A DNA stretch of 54,666 bases. It comes from Actinomycetota bacterium (GTDB lineage: Bacteria; Actinomycetota; CADDZG01; JAHWKV01; JAOPZY01). The stretch spans positions 1-54,666 of the forward strand of contig DASXNO010000196.1 of NCBI GenBank assembly GCA_036495025.1, given 5' to 3'. The position numbers and the translations under genes are program-made. Of this stretch, positions 20,029 through 28,903 are shown one piece after another; position 1 is the first letter of the stretch, and every line of letters begins with the position of its first letter. Under the pieces are notes generated by a model. It saw nothing but the letters and a program-made list of their open reading frames with translations. It was not told the origin of the DNA and did no database searches.

Positions 20029-21027
20029 GTGCGCCGGGCGAGCGCCGGCGTCTCCCTCGTCCAGGCCCGCCTCCGCCGGACGCGGGACGGCCGCCGGCGG
20101 ATGGGGGAGGCCGTCGATCTGCTGCCGTCGATCCTGCGGGAGGTCGTGGCCCAGTCGGGCGTGGCCGAGGCCGCGGGCTGGGCGCTGCACGCCTCCCACC
20201 TCTCCGGCACCCACGTGGCCGTGCTGATGGTCGGCCCGGCGGGCCAGCCCCCGGCTGCAGTCGTCAAGATGCCGTCGACGTCCGAAGGGGTCGCAAGCCA
20301 GCGCAGGGAGGCCGAGGCCCTGGCCGCCCTGAGGTCGGAGCCGTCGCTGGGCGACCTCGCGGCGCTGATCCCGGGCCGGCTGGCCGAGGGCGAGGTCGCC
20401 GGCATCGCCTACACCGTCGAACGGGCGGTTCCGGGCGTCGAGGGCCGGGTCCTGCTGGGCGATCCGGCGATGAGGGAACGGGTCGTGGCGGCCGCGGCGG
20501 GCATCATCGGACGGATCCACCGGGCCACGTCGGCCTCGGTGGTGGTGGACGACGAGCTGCTGGAGCGCTGGGTCAGCAGCAGAGTCCGCCTCCTCGTCCC
20601 CGCCACCCGCAACGCGCCGGCCCTGGAGCGCCTCGACCAGCTCCTCCGCCGGGCCTGGGAGGGCCGGAGCGTCGAGGTGGCGTGGGTCCACGGGGACTAC
20701 TGGCCGGCCAATGTCATCTTCGACTCCGCGCTGGCGGTCACGGGCATCATCGACTGGGAATGGGCAGCTCCCCGGGAGCTGCCGGCCCACGACCTCCTCT
20801 ACCTGGCGATCCACCTGCGGATGCTGGCGGAGGGAAGGGAGCTCGGCCCCGTCGTCCAATCGTTGCTCGAGGGCGGCAGGGGCCAGCCGGTGGGTGGTGC
20901 CGACCGGGAGACGCTGCTGCTCGTCTGGCTCCGCCACGTGGCCTACAACCTGACCCAGTCGCCGGGCGACGCCCGCAACTGGATCTGGACGAGCCGCAAC
21001 GTCGATTCGGTCCTGCGTCTGCTCTAA
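20029..21027 (+). CDS. APH/choline-kinase-fold phosphotransferase
   Basis: Contains VHGDYWPANVIF...GIIDWEWA, the HGDxxxxN plus DxE signature of aminoglycoside/choline-kinase-type kinases. The GTG start is 5 nt after the upstream stop; ATG 20101 is an alternative. Confidence 0.8.
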   Translation: MRRASAGVSLVQARLRRTRDGRRRMGEAVDLLPSILREVVAQSGVAEAAGWALHASHLSGTHVAVLMVGPAGQPPAAVVKMPSTSEGVASQRREAEALAALRSEPSLGDLAALIPGRLAEGEVAGIAYTVERAVPGVEGRVLLGDPAMRERVVAAAAGIIGRIHRATSASVVVDDELLERWVSSRVRLLVPATRNAPALERLDQLLRRAWEGRSVEVAWVHGDYWPANVIFDSALAVTGIIDWEWAAPRELPAHDLLYLAIHLRMLAEGRELGPVVQSLLEGGRGQPVGGADRETLLLVWLRHVAYNLTQSPGDARNWIWTSRNVDSVLRLL

Positions 21028-21103
21028 AACACCGTTGCGCAGCGAACTGAGGTAAGAATCACGCGTATACGCGCTATTTTTGCCTCGCTTCCGCCCGAGG
21101 GGC

Positions 21104-23152
21104 TTACGACAGAGCCGGCCCCGGGCTGATGGGCTTGGGGTTCCCGTTGTTGGGTGTGGCGGGGCCCGCCTCGGGCGGGATCATCTCCAGCACGCTGGCG
21201 TCCTGGTTGGTGAACAGCAGCTTCGCAAGTCCGTTGTTGACGAGCTTCTGGCCCAGGGCGTACTCCCACCCTGCCGGGAGTGAGTCGAGGGCCTCCCCCG
21301 CCGCCTCCTGGCTGCGCGTGATGATCAGGTACACGGGGTGGTCCCCGAGGCCCTGGTCGGCGGCCAGGCTGATCAGGCCCTTCTCGTCGGGCGGGTCGGT
21401 GGTGTTCTGGACCGACTCGTAGTCGAAGGCGTTGATGTCCTGGTAGCGCCACGGGAGCTGCGGGAACAGCGAGATCAGGGTCGTCCTCCCGTGACCGGGT
21501 GCCGCGGGCTGGGCGTTGGCGTACAGGTACCGCACCGCGGCGAGGTCGGCGGACGAGACTCGGTCGAAGCGCTCGTTGCCGTACCGGGCGACGAGCCAGG
21601 CAGGGCCGAATGCCGCCGCCACCAGGCAGAAGCACAACGCCGGCAGCGCGACCTTCTTCGGCTCGGTCGCCGGCATGAACGCCATGGCCGCCAGGAGGGC
21701 CACGAACGGCAGGGCGAACAGGTACGCCCGCAGGAGGGCCTCGCCGCCGTAGCTCTGGACGGCGAGCACCGGGAAGGGGGCAAACCCGAGGAGGAGCAGG
21801 CTCCAGTCGCCGTAGCCGAGCCTCCGCCGCCGGATGGTGCCGACGAGGGCGATCGCCGCGACGGTGCCCGCCAGGGCGATGCGGATCGCCAGCACATCCA
21901 GGCGGCCGGGGGAGCCCTGGATGCGTCCGGTCAGGCTGGTGCTGACGTTGGCGCCGAGGTGGCCGACGTCGCCGACGATCAGGTTGAGGTGGCCGGACCA
22001 GAATGCGATCGCCCCCAGGCTGATCCAGGACACCATTGTCACGGCGAGGATGACCGGGAAGCCCCGCAGCGTCGTCCGCCCGAAGAACAGGAGGGCGATC
22101 AGGCCGCCGAGGAGCAGGAACGGCGTCAGTTGGTGGCTGACGGTCATCGCCAGGAAGATGGCGGCGAGGATGGCGATCAGGGCACCCCGCTGGGTGGGGG
22201 TCGAGCTTGCCTCGATCAGCTCCTCGCCCCGGCCCCCGATCCTGTGCATCCAGGTGGCGAGGAACCGCTCCCAGCGGTTCCCCTGGTCAGGTTCGGGCAT
22301 CGCAGGCCGGAACCATCGGAGGGCGACGGCGAGGAAGACCAGGAAGAGGAAGAAGTTGAACGCCTGGGGCGAGAAGTAGTCCTGCCCGACCCAGCTCGCA
22401 AGGTAGAAGAAGGCGAGCCCCATCCACCATGCCCGTTCGTTCCGGGTGACCGCCCGGAAGATGGCGTACAGCGGGGGGAGGTACATGAGGTTGAAGGCCA
22501 GCGGCGCCCACCGCAGGAAAGCCACGGGGCTGTGGAGGCCGGCGGCCTTGGACAGAAAGGCGGCGAGTGCGAAGAACCCGGGCCAGCTGAAACGGGCGTC
22601 GAGCGTGGGGAGGGTGGCACCGTGCTGGGCGATGTACTGCGCGAAGCCGGCGTGCAGCCACGAGGTCGCGAAGGAAGCGTGGGGCTCGACCAGCGGTCCG
22701 AGCCCGTCGAGCAACGCGATCAGGCCGATCAGCTGGAACGCCAGCAGCGGCCGGCGAAGCGGCCGCTGGCAGAGAGCAAAACCGAAGCTGACGATGACGA
22801 GGCCGATGGCGACGAAGTACACCGGGCCGACGACCGTCACCAGACCGAGGTCCCCGAGGGCGGAGGAGTCCACCCTGAGCAGCGCCAGGACTCCCATGAC
22901 CAGCGCCGCGAAGGTCATCAGGGCCATCTGGCCCGTGCTCAAGCCGCCGCCGCGCCGCCCGGGATCCCTCGGGGCCGCCAGGTTCAGGCTCGGCCCGGGG
23001 GGTCCGGGCTGCGTGCGGAGCGCCTGTTCCTCCTCTTCGGCTCCGCCTCTGGTCATGCTTCGCTCTCCTGTGGGGCTCCGCGGCACGCTGCGCTCTCCTG
23101 TGGGGCTCCGCGGGAAGCCCAGCTCTCCCAGAAAGCGACGCGGCCTGGCCAT
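21104..23152 (-). CDS. large polytopic membrane protein (~14 TM) with a ~160-aa C-terminal soluble domain; GT-C-like glycosyltransferase or glycan polymerase candidate
   Basis: This is the C-terminal two-thirds of track ORF 21104..24100. Hydrophobic segments run from MALMTFAALVMGVLALL to ALCFCLVAAAFGPAWLVA. Start ATG 23152 lies 5 nt after the flippase stop; ATG 23056 is an alternative. The family is not resolved by eye. Confidence 0.7.
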   Translation of the reverse strand: MARPRRFLGELGFPRSPTGERSVPRSPTGERSMTRGGAEEEEQALRTQPGPPGPSLNLAAPRDPGRRGGGLSTGQMALMTFAALVMGVLALLRVDSSALGDLGLVTVVGPVYFVAIGLVIVSFGFALCQRPLRRPLLAFQLIGLIALLDGLGPLVEPHASFATSWLHAGFAQYIAQHGATLPTLDARFSWPGFFALAAFLSKAAGLHSPVAFLRWAPLAFNLMYLPPLYAIFRAVTRNERAWWMGLAFFYLASWVGQDYFSPQAFNFFLFLVFLAVALRWFRPAMPEPDQGNRWERFLATWMHRIGGRGEELIEASSTPTQRGALIAILAAIFLAMTVSHQLTPFLLLGGLIALLFFGRTTLRGFPVILAVTMVSWISLGAIAFWSGHLNLIVGDVGHLGANVSTSLTGRIQGSPGRLDVLAIRIALAGTVAAIALVGTIRRRRLGYGDWSLLLLGFAPFPVLAVQSYGGEALLRAYLFALPFVALLAAMAFMPATEPKKVALPALCFCLVAAAFGPAWLVARYGNERFDRVSSADLAAVRYLYANAQPAAPGHGRTTLISLFPQLPWRYQDINAFDYESVQNTTDPPDEKGLISLAADQGLGDHPVYLIITRSQEAAGEALDSLPAGWEYALGQKLVNNGLAKLLFTNQDASVLEMIPPEAGPATPNNGNPKPISPGPALS
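23061..23113. repeat. tandem 30-bp duplication (exact 23-bp core, two copies) inside the 5' end of the membrane-protein gene
   Basis: cgctctcctgtggggctccgcgg occurs at 23061-23083 and again at 23091-23113. On the minus strand it encodes PRSPTGERS twice, in frame. Confidence 0.9.
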
Positions 23153-23157
23153 GGCGC

Positions 23158-24615
23158 TCACGCAGCCCCGGCTGCGACCGGCTCCTTGCGCCCCAGGATC
23201 TTGAAGATCGAGGGTAACAGGCACAACGCAACGAAGACCTGGCTGGCGAGGTAGCCGAGGCCCACCCCGTCGATGCCGAACCGCCCCATGAGCCACCACG
23301 ACAGGCCGGTGATCGACACCAGCAGGACCGCCTGCCAGAAGGCGATCTGGCCCACGCGGCGCTCCACCCTGGACAGCGCGATGTACAGGGACGTCACCGC
23401 CTTCGCCAGCACGGCGACCGCCAGCAGGCGCAGCAGGCCGGAGCCATGGACGGCATACGGGTGGCCGAAGACGCCGAGGACGCGCGGGGCGAACAGGAGC
23501 AGGATCGCCACGGCCGGCCCGATGATCGCGAGGACACGGCGTACGACCGTGCCTGCGTGGTGGCGGAGCAGCGACCGGTCCATCGCCCCTTCCACCATCA
23601 GCGCGACGCCGAGGTTCACGGTGACGAGGTCGAGGGCGTAGATGATGAGGTAGGCGCTCGCGAAGTAGCCCGCCTCTGCCTTGCCGAGCCGGGCGAGGAT
23701 CAGCACGGGCAGCAGCGTCCCGGTGGCCATGAAGAGCACGGTCCCGAGGTAGTCGCCACCCATGAAGCGCCGGATCGAGCGGACGCCCAGGGCGCCGCCT
23801 GCTCCGGCCGGGAACCCTGCTTCCGCCTCGACCCCCTCGACCGGCCCAGCGCCGCCGGGTGCCGTCTGGCGTGCCATATGGCGGGGGAGCAGCCGCCGGA
23901 AGATGAAGTAGTTGGTGGGGAACAGGGCGATGAACGCCGGCAGCGTGAAGGAGGTGAAGATCCCGTAGTGCTGGGTGACGTGGGCCAGGCCCACGAGCAT
24001 CCCGATCTTGACGACGCCGTAGAGCCCGTTCTCCACCGGGATCCACACCGCCTGCCGGATCCCGGTCAGCACCGCGTCCTGCAGGGCGAAGACGCACCAC
24101 ACCGTGACGGAGCCGCCGAGGGCCACCGCCAGGAGCCAGCCGTGGCCGAGGACTGCCGGGATGCGGTTGAAGAATGCCGTGTGGATGTGGATGAGGGCGA
24201 TGTAGAGGAGGCTGACGAGGGCGCCGGCGGTGCCGGCAAGGACGTACGAGAACAAGGCGAGCCGCTTGGACTGGTCGCCCGCGCGGGGGATGAACCTGGC
24301 AAGCGCAGCCGCGAAGGTCAGCTGGCCTCCGATCCCTGCGAGCAGCTGCATGAGGCTGATGGCAGCGTTGCCGACGCCGACCTCGGCGGGCGAGTAGAGC
24401 CGGGCGGCAAGGATCCAGTAGAGCAGGCCGAGCACGGACGTCGCCCCGACGTTGATGATCAGTGCGTAGCCGTTGCGCAACAGGGGGTCGCGCCAGTCGT
24501 CCCGCAGGCGCCGCATGGGCGCGAGCGCCAGGCTTGCCGGGGCGCGGCGGACCGGCATCCTCACGGCAGCCGGCGTCTCAACGGATGCAGGAGGGGCAGC
24601 CCAGCGGTTGACCAT
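23158..24615 (-). CDS. MOP-superfamily polysaccharide flippase (Wzx-like)
   Basis: About 485 aa and multi-TM. Contains NGYALIINVGATSVLGLLYWILAARLYSPAEVG and LMQLLAGIGG, typical of lipopolysaccharide/polysaccharide biosynthesis protein families. ATG 24615 is preceded by aggtggg and lies 14 nt after the upstream GT2 stop. Confidence 0.8.
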   Translation of the reverse strand: MVNRWAAPPASVETPAAVRMPVRRAPASLALAPMRRLRDDWRDPLLRNGYALIINVGATSVLGLLYWILAARLYSPAEVGVGNAAISLMQLLAGIGGQLTFAAALARFIPRAGDQSKRLALFSYVLAGTAGALVSLLYIALIHIHTAFFNRIPAVLGHGWLLAVALGGSVTVWCVFALQDAVLTGIRQAVWIPVENGLYGVVKIGMLVGLAHVTQHYGIFTSFTLPAFIALFPTNYFIFRRLLPRHMARQTAPGGAGPVEGVEAEAGFPAGAGGALGVRSIRRFMGGDYLGTVLFMATGTLLPVLILARLGKAEAGYFASAYLIIYALDLVTVNLGVALMVEGAMDRSLLRHHAGTVVRRVLAIIGPAVAILLLFAPRVLGVFGHPYAVHGSGLLRLLAVAVLAKAVTSLYIALSRVERRVGQIAFWQAVLLVSITGLSWWLMGRFGIDGVGLGYLASQVFVALCLLPSIFKILGRKEPVAAGAA

Positions 24616-24628
24616 TCGCCCACCTACG

Positions 24629-25963
24629 CTAACTGGCCCTCGTGGCCGTGCGCCCGGCCGTGCGCGCCCAGCGCCGGCTGCGGAGGTAGGCCACGGGGCC
24701 GACGAGCGCTCCACCCATCTCGACGAGGGTGAGCTGCCGCGGGAAGGTCGAGGTCTTCTTCTCGTTCTTCGGCGAGGAAGGGTTGAGGAAGTACGCCACG
24801 CCCCTGGGAGCCCGGCGGAGCACGTCGGCCCGGGTTTTCGGATTCAGGAGCGCCTTGGTCAGCACGGCCGCGAGGCCCACGCCGTAGCCCCGGACGGCAC
24901 GCCGGAGGTCGGCGTACTCCCGGCGGTGATGGTGCCGGACGAGCGAGCGCGGCTCGTAGACGAGGCGGTAGCCGGCCAGGATGATCTGCAGGAAGGCGTC
25001 GATGTCCTCGCCGCCGCAGGCAGGGGTCGCGGGGCCAAGGGCGGTGTCGAAGCCACCGATCTCCCGGAGCACCACCGGGTCGAAGGCGGCGCTGGCGCCC
25101 GAGCCGAACTTGCCGACGGAATAGGGGTAGAGCGGGTCCGCCGGCGCGTGCTCACCCAGGTCGAAGATCCTCTGCTCGTAGCCCTTGTCGAACCCACCGA
25201 ACTCTTCGATCCACACCTGCGACTGCGTATCGAGCTCGGCGGGCAGGATCATCCCGGTCACGCACGCCACGCCGGGCGCTGCCTGGAAGCCCAGCACGAG
25301 GCTGCGGAGCCACAGCCGGTCGACGAGGACGTCGTCGTCGACGAAGGCGACGACCTCGCCCGATGCCGCTCGCAGCCCGCAGTTCCGGCCCGCCGAGGCC
25401 CCCGGTGTGGGCTCCAGGAGGTAGCGGACCCTGAGGTCGTCGGCGAAGCGCTCGGCGACCATCTCCCGCGTCGCCGCCGTCCGTGGGGCATTGTCCACGA
25501 CGAGGACCTCGAAGGCTGGGTAGTCCGCCCGGAGGATCGACTCGATGCAGGCGCCGACCGGGCCGGGCCGTTCATGGGTGGAGATCACGACCGAGGCGAA
25601 CGGGAAGTGGCTCTCGTCGTGGCGCTGGCAGGCGGGCTTGTGCTGCGGGTCTCCGGGAGGGCCCTCGGGCGTGAGACCCGTCTCGGTCAGGCGGACCGGG
25701 GGCTCGAGGCCGTCCGCGGCGAGGTGGTCGACGATGGGTTGCCGGAGACGCTCCCACACCTGCCGGGCGACGTCGCCGGCCGCGATCGTGCCTGCCCGCA
25801 GGTCGAGCTGCAGGGTCCCGAGGGGACGGCCGTGCAGCCGCACCAGCACGAGCGCGGAGCTGTAGGTGCGTTCGCCTGCGTCTTCACCCGGGCGGGCGGC
25901 AGGGCCGATGCCCGCCAGCGGCTGGGAGATCTCGAGGTCAAGGACCCGAACGGGAGTCAACAT
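24629..25963 (-). CDS. family 2 glycosyltransferase with a ~115-aa N-terminal extension
   Basis: Contains SVVISTHERP...ILRADYPAFEVLVVDNAP...AGRNCGL..A.GEVVAFVDDDV and GGEDIDAFLQ. The start is ATG 25963; GTG 25978 is an alternative. Confidence 0.85.
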   Translation of the reverse strand: MLTPVRVLDLEISQPLAGIGPAARPGEDAGERTYSSALVLVRLHGRPLGTLQLDLRAGTIAAGDVARQVWERLRQPIVDHLAADGLEPPVRLTETGLTPEGPPGDPQHKPACQRHDESHFPFASVVISTHERPGPVGACIESILRADYPAFEVLVVDNAPRTAATREMVAERFADDLRVRYLLEPTPGASAGRNCGLRAASGEVVAFVDDDVLVDRLWLRSLVLGFQAAPGVACVTGMILPAELDTQSQVWIEEFGGFDKGYEQRIFDLGEHAPADPLYPYSVGKFGSGASAAFDPVVLREIGGFDTALGPATPACGGEDIDAFLQIILAGYRLVYEPRSLVRHHHRREYADLRRAVRGYGVGLAAVLTKALLNPKTRADVLRRAPRGVAYFLNPSSPKNEKKTSTFPRQLTLVEMGGALVGPVAYLRSRRWARTAGRTATRAS

Positions 25964-26395
25964 GGAAGCACAGAGCACCTTTCAAACGGTTGCGTCGGCC
26001 ACGTGCCACGTCCACTCGTCCGGTCTTCGAGTGGCTCCCCAAGTGGAAACAGCAGCTCCAAGAGTGTTCTCGGGCAGGGCAAACAGCTCCGCCAGGAGTG
26101 TTGCAAACGATTAGACCTCCCCCATCCTCCGGTGTCAATCAGGACCAATGAGGCACCCCTGAAGCTGAGCCGGCGACGCGAGGGGGGCCTACGAGATGAT
26201 GTCGGCACCGGAATGCCCGGTCTGAAGCTGGAAGTGTCTTCTGGGAGTCTTAAACTTTCCCTGCAGGGTTGCCGAAATATGGAGTTGAACCACGGCGTAG
26301 TCCCCTTTGTCCCCTTTCGGGACGAGGCGTGACGTCGGACAGCCTGCCGCAAAGCCGGGGACATGTGCGGGGGACTCGAGGGGAGGGACTCGACA

Positions 26396-27358
26396 ATGGC
26401 GTCAGGGCGCGTACGGTTCTCGGTGGTCATCTGTGCCTACACCGAGAAGCGGTGGGACGACCTGGTGGCCGCCGTCGAGTCGCTTCGGGTCCAGACCCAT
26501 CCCCCCGAGGAGGTCATTCTGGTCATCGACCACAACCCCGGGCTGGCCGAGCGCGTCTGGCGGGAAATCCCGGATGTGACCTGCGTCGAGAACCACGGCA
26601 CCCAGGGCCTCTCCGACGCCCGAAACTCGGGCCTGGCGGTCGCCCGTGGCGACGTCGTGGCGTTCCTCGACGACGACGCCGAGGCAGAGCCCCGGTGGCT
26701 GTCGGTGCTCGCCGAGTCCTATGCCGACCCGGCGGTGGTTGCGGTCGGCGGGTTCGCCGAGCCCGACTGGGCAGAGGGCCGGCCGAGCTGGTTCCCCCGC
26801 GAATTCGACTGGGTCGTCGGCTGCACCTACCGGGGCATGCCGGAGGTTGCCTCGCCGGTGCGGAACCTCATCGGCTGCAACATGTCGTTCCGCCGGGAGA
26901 TCTTCGCCGACCTCGGCGGGTTCACGGCGGGCATCGGGCGTCTCGGTACCCGCCCGGTGGGGTGCGAAGAGACCGAGCTGTGTATCCGTATCGGCCAGCG
27001 CCGCCCGGGCTCCGTCATCCTCTTCGACCCGAGGGCCCTCGTCCACCACCACGTCCCCGGCTCCCGTGGGACCTGGGCGTACTTCCGTTCCCGCTGCTAC
27101 GCCGAGGGACTCTCCAAGGCCGCGGTCGCCGCGCTGGTCGGTGCCGGCGAGGGCCTTGCCAGCGAGCGTGCCTACACCACCCGGACGCTGCCGAGGGGCG
27201 TGGTCAACGGCATCGCCGCCGGCGTGAAAGGCGAGGCCGGAGGGTTCGGCCGGGCCGCTGCCATCGTCGCCGGGGTCAGCCTCGCCACCGTGGGCTATGG
27301 CCTCGGACGCCTCTCGCCCCGCCGCTTCGCGCAGGCCGGGATGGTCCCTGCGGCGTGA
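26396..27358 (+). CDS. family 2 glycosyltransferase
   Basis: Contains FSVVICAYTEKRWDDL...VILVIDHNP...ARNSGLAVARGDVVAFLDDDA and CEETELCIR. ATG 26396 is preceded by gaggggaggga. Confidence 0.85.
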   Translation: MASGRVRFSVVICAYTEKRWDDLVAAVESLRVQTHPPEEVILVIDHNPGLAERVWREIPDVTCVENHGTQGLSDARNSGLAVARGDVVAFLDDDAEAEPRWLSVLAESYADPAVVAVGGFAEPDWAEGRPSWFPREFDWVVGCTYRGMPEVASPVRNLIGCNMSFRREIFADLGGFTAGIGRLGTRPVGCEETELCIRIGQRRPGSVILFDPRALVHHHVPGSRGTWAYFRSRCYAEGLSKAAVAALVGAGEGLASERAYTTRTLPRGVVNGIAAGVKGEAGGFGRAAAIVAGVSLATVGYGLGRLSPRRFAQAGMVPAA

Positions 27359-28170
27359 GAGCCCTCCCCGTTCTCCTCTATCATTCGATCAGCGACGTTG
27401 GATCCGCCGAGGTGGCGCGCTTCGCAATCTCCCCGAAGGTGTTCGACGAGCACATGCGGCATCTCGCGGAGGAGGGCTACTCGTCCATGACCGTGACGGA
27501 ATTCCTGCCGGCGCTCCTCGCACCGGACGGCCCCGGCCACGTCCTGCCCGAGCGCCCCGTCCTCGTCACCTTCGATGACGGCTTCCGTGACTTCCTGACC
27601 AACGCCCTTCCGGTCCTGCAGCGCCACGGTATCGCCTCCACCCTCTATGCGACGACGGGGTTCATGGGCGAGGGCGAAGCGCCGGGCACCAACCGCTCCG
27701 GCGACGAGATGCTGTCGTGGAGCGAGCTCGCCGAGGTGGTGCGCCAGGGCGTCGAGGTCGGGGCGCACACGCACGGCCACGTCATGCTCGACACGGTGCC
27801 GCACGCCACCGCCAGGGACGAGATCACGCGGTGCAAGGCGCTGATCGAGCAGCATACCGAGACCCCGGTCGCCAGCTTCGCCTACCCCCACGGCTATTCG
27901 AGTGCCTGGGTCCGCCGGGTGGTGGCCGAAGCCGGGTACACGTCGGCCTGCGCCGTGAAGAACGCCATGAGCCACCCCGGGGACGACCCCTTTGCCATCG
28001 CCCGCCTCATGCTCGAGGCCTCGCATACCCGGGGTGACTTCCTCAGGATGCTCTCGGGCGACGGCGTCCCGGTTGCCAGCTCGGGCGATCGGTGGCAGAC
28101 GCGGGGCTGGCGCTTGGTGCGGCGAGGACTCGCCGCCGGACGTCGCCTCCGGGCGGGGAGGATTCCGTGA
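27355..28170 (+). CDS. polysaccharide deacetylase (CE4/NodB domain)
   Basis: The GTG start overlaps the GT2 stop (GTGA). Contains VLVTFDDGFRDF and VGAHTHGH, the NodB motifs. The upstream part of track ORF 26269..28170 is a shadow. Confidence 0.85.
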   Translation: MRALPVLLYHSISDVGSAEVARFAISPKVFDEHMRHLAEEGYSSMTVTEFLPALLAPDGPGHVLPERPVLVTFDDGFRDFLTNALPVLQRHGIASTLYATTGFMGEGEAPGTNRSGDEMLSWSELAEVVRQGVEVGAHTHGHVMLDTVPHATARDEITRCKALIEQHTETPVASFAYPHGYSSAWVRRVVAEAGYTSACAVKNAMSHPGDDPFAIARLMLEASHTRGDFLRMLSGDGVPVASSGDRWQTRGWRLVRRGLAAGRRLRAGRIP

Positions 28171-28628
28171 AGCCGTTCGGCGAGGACGCCGGCCAGACAA
28201 CGCCGTCTCCGTCCCCGGCGGCCACCCCGGCCTCCCCCGGGCCCCTCGGTGGCTACTGGAGGATCGCCGTCATTGGCGTGCTGCTCGTGCCCACGTTCGC
28301 CCTCAGCGCGGTGCCGGATGTCCACAGCCTGGACGCGGTCCGGGCGACGGTGACGCTGGCCTTCATGGCGGTGGGCCCCGGCATGGCCCTCATGGGCCTG
28401 CTGGCCCTCGACGACCTCCTGCTGGAGCTCAGCCTGGCGCTGGCCCTCAGCCTCGTGCTCGAGACGATCATCGCCATGGCGATGCTCCTGCTCAAACGCT
28501 GGGTCCCAACGGCGGGTCTGGTGGTGCTGGAGATCCTGACGGTGATCGGGGTGCTCGCGCAGGCGAATCAGGTCACCAAGTCGAAGCAGAGCAACCGGTA
28601 CCGCCCCGCAGCCCCCATCCCGCCGTAA
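28167..28628 (+). CDS. small membrane protein (about 4 TM), function unknown
   Basis: GTG 28167 overlaps the deacetylase stop and has GGAGG 5 nt upstream. Hydrophobic segments include YWRIAVIGVLLVPTFAL and LAFMAVGPGMALMGLLAL. Confidence 0.6.
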   Translation: MKPFGEDAGQTTPSPSPAATPASPGPLGGYWRIAVIGVLLVPTFALSAVPDVHSLDAVRATVTLAFMAVGPGMALMGLLALDDLLLELSLALALSLVLETIIAMAMLLLKRWVPTAGLVVLEILTVIGVLAQANQVTKSKQSNRYRPAAPIPP

Positions 28629-28650
28629 CGCCGACCCAAAAGGCTTCCAC

Positions 28651-28896
28651 ATGGTCTCGTCGCTCACGAAGGACACGTACAGCTTTCTGGCCTCCCATCA
28701 CTTCGCAAGCACTTCGGGGTGGATCGGTGGGCTGATGCTCGGCCTCCTGCTCCTCCTGCTCGTCGAGAAGGAGGTCACGCGGGCAGTGGTTCGCTCCCTG
28801 CCCCCGACGACAGGTCGCATCTTCGACATCGCCGCCATGCCCCTGCTGCTCACGTTTGCGGTCGTGGTCATCGAGCGGTTCCGGGCCCTGGGCTGA
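28651..28896 (+). CDS. small membrane protein (2 TM), function unknown
   Basis: 81 aa with WIGGLMLGLLLLLLV and IAAMPLLLTFAVVVI, in an operon-like position. Confidence 0.5.
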   Translation: MVSSLTKDTYSFLASHHFASTSGWIGGLMLGLLLLLLVEKEVTRAVVRSLPPTTGRIFDIAAMPLLLTFAVVVIERFRALG

Positions 28897-28903
28897 GGGG
28901 CCG

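Noticed and set aside
21060-21081. The palindrome cgcgtatacgcg plus a T-run between convergent genes, as a terminator.
   Set aside because: The stem is too short and weak (4 GC pairs around TATA) to call with any confidence.
23061-23113. Short tandem repeats (here and at 39366-39391) as CRISPR or a minisatellite array.
   Set aside because: Each has only two adjacent copies with no spacers, and there are no cas genes. They are simple duplications.
21104-24100. The 998-aa ORF read as a single gene.
   Set aside because: Its first ~316 aa are R/P/G-rich and overlap the Wzx-like flippase gene (23158..24615) in another frame. The real gene begins at ATG 23152 or 23056.
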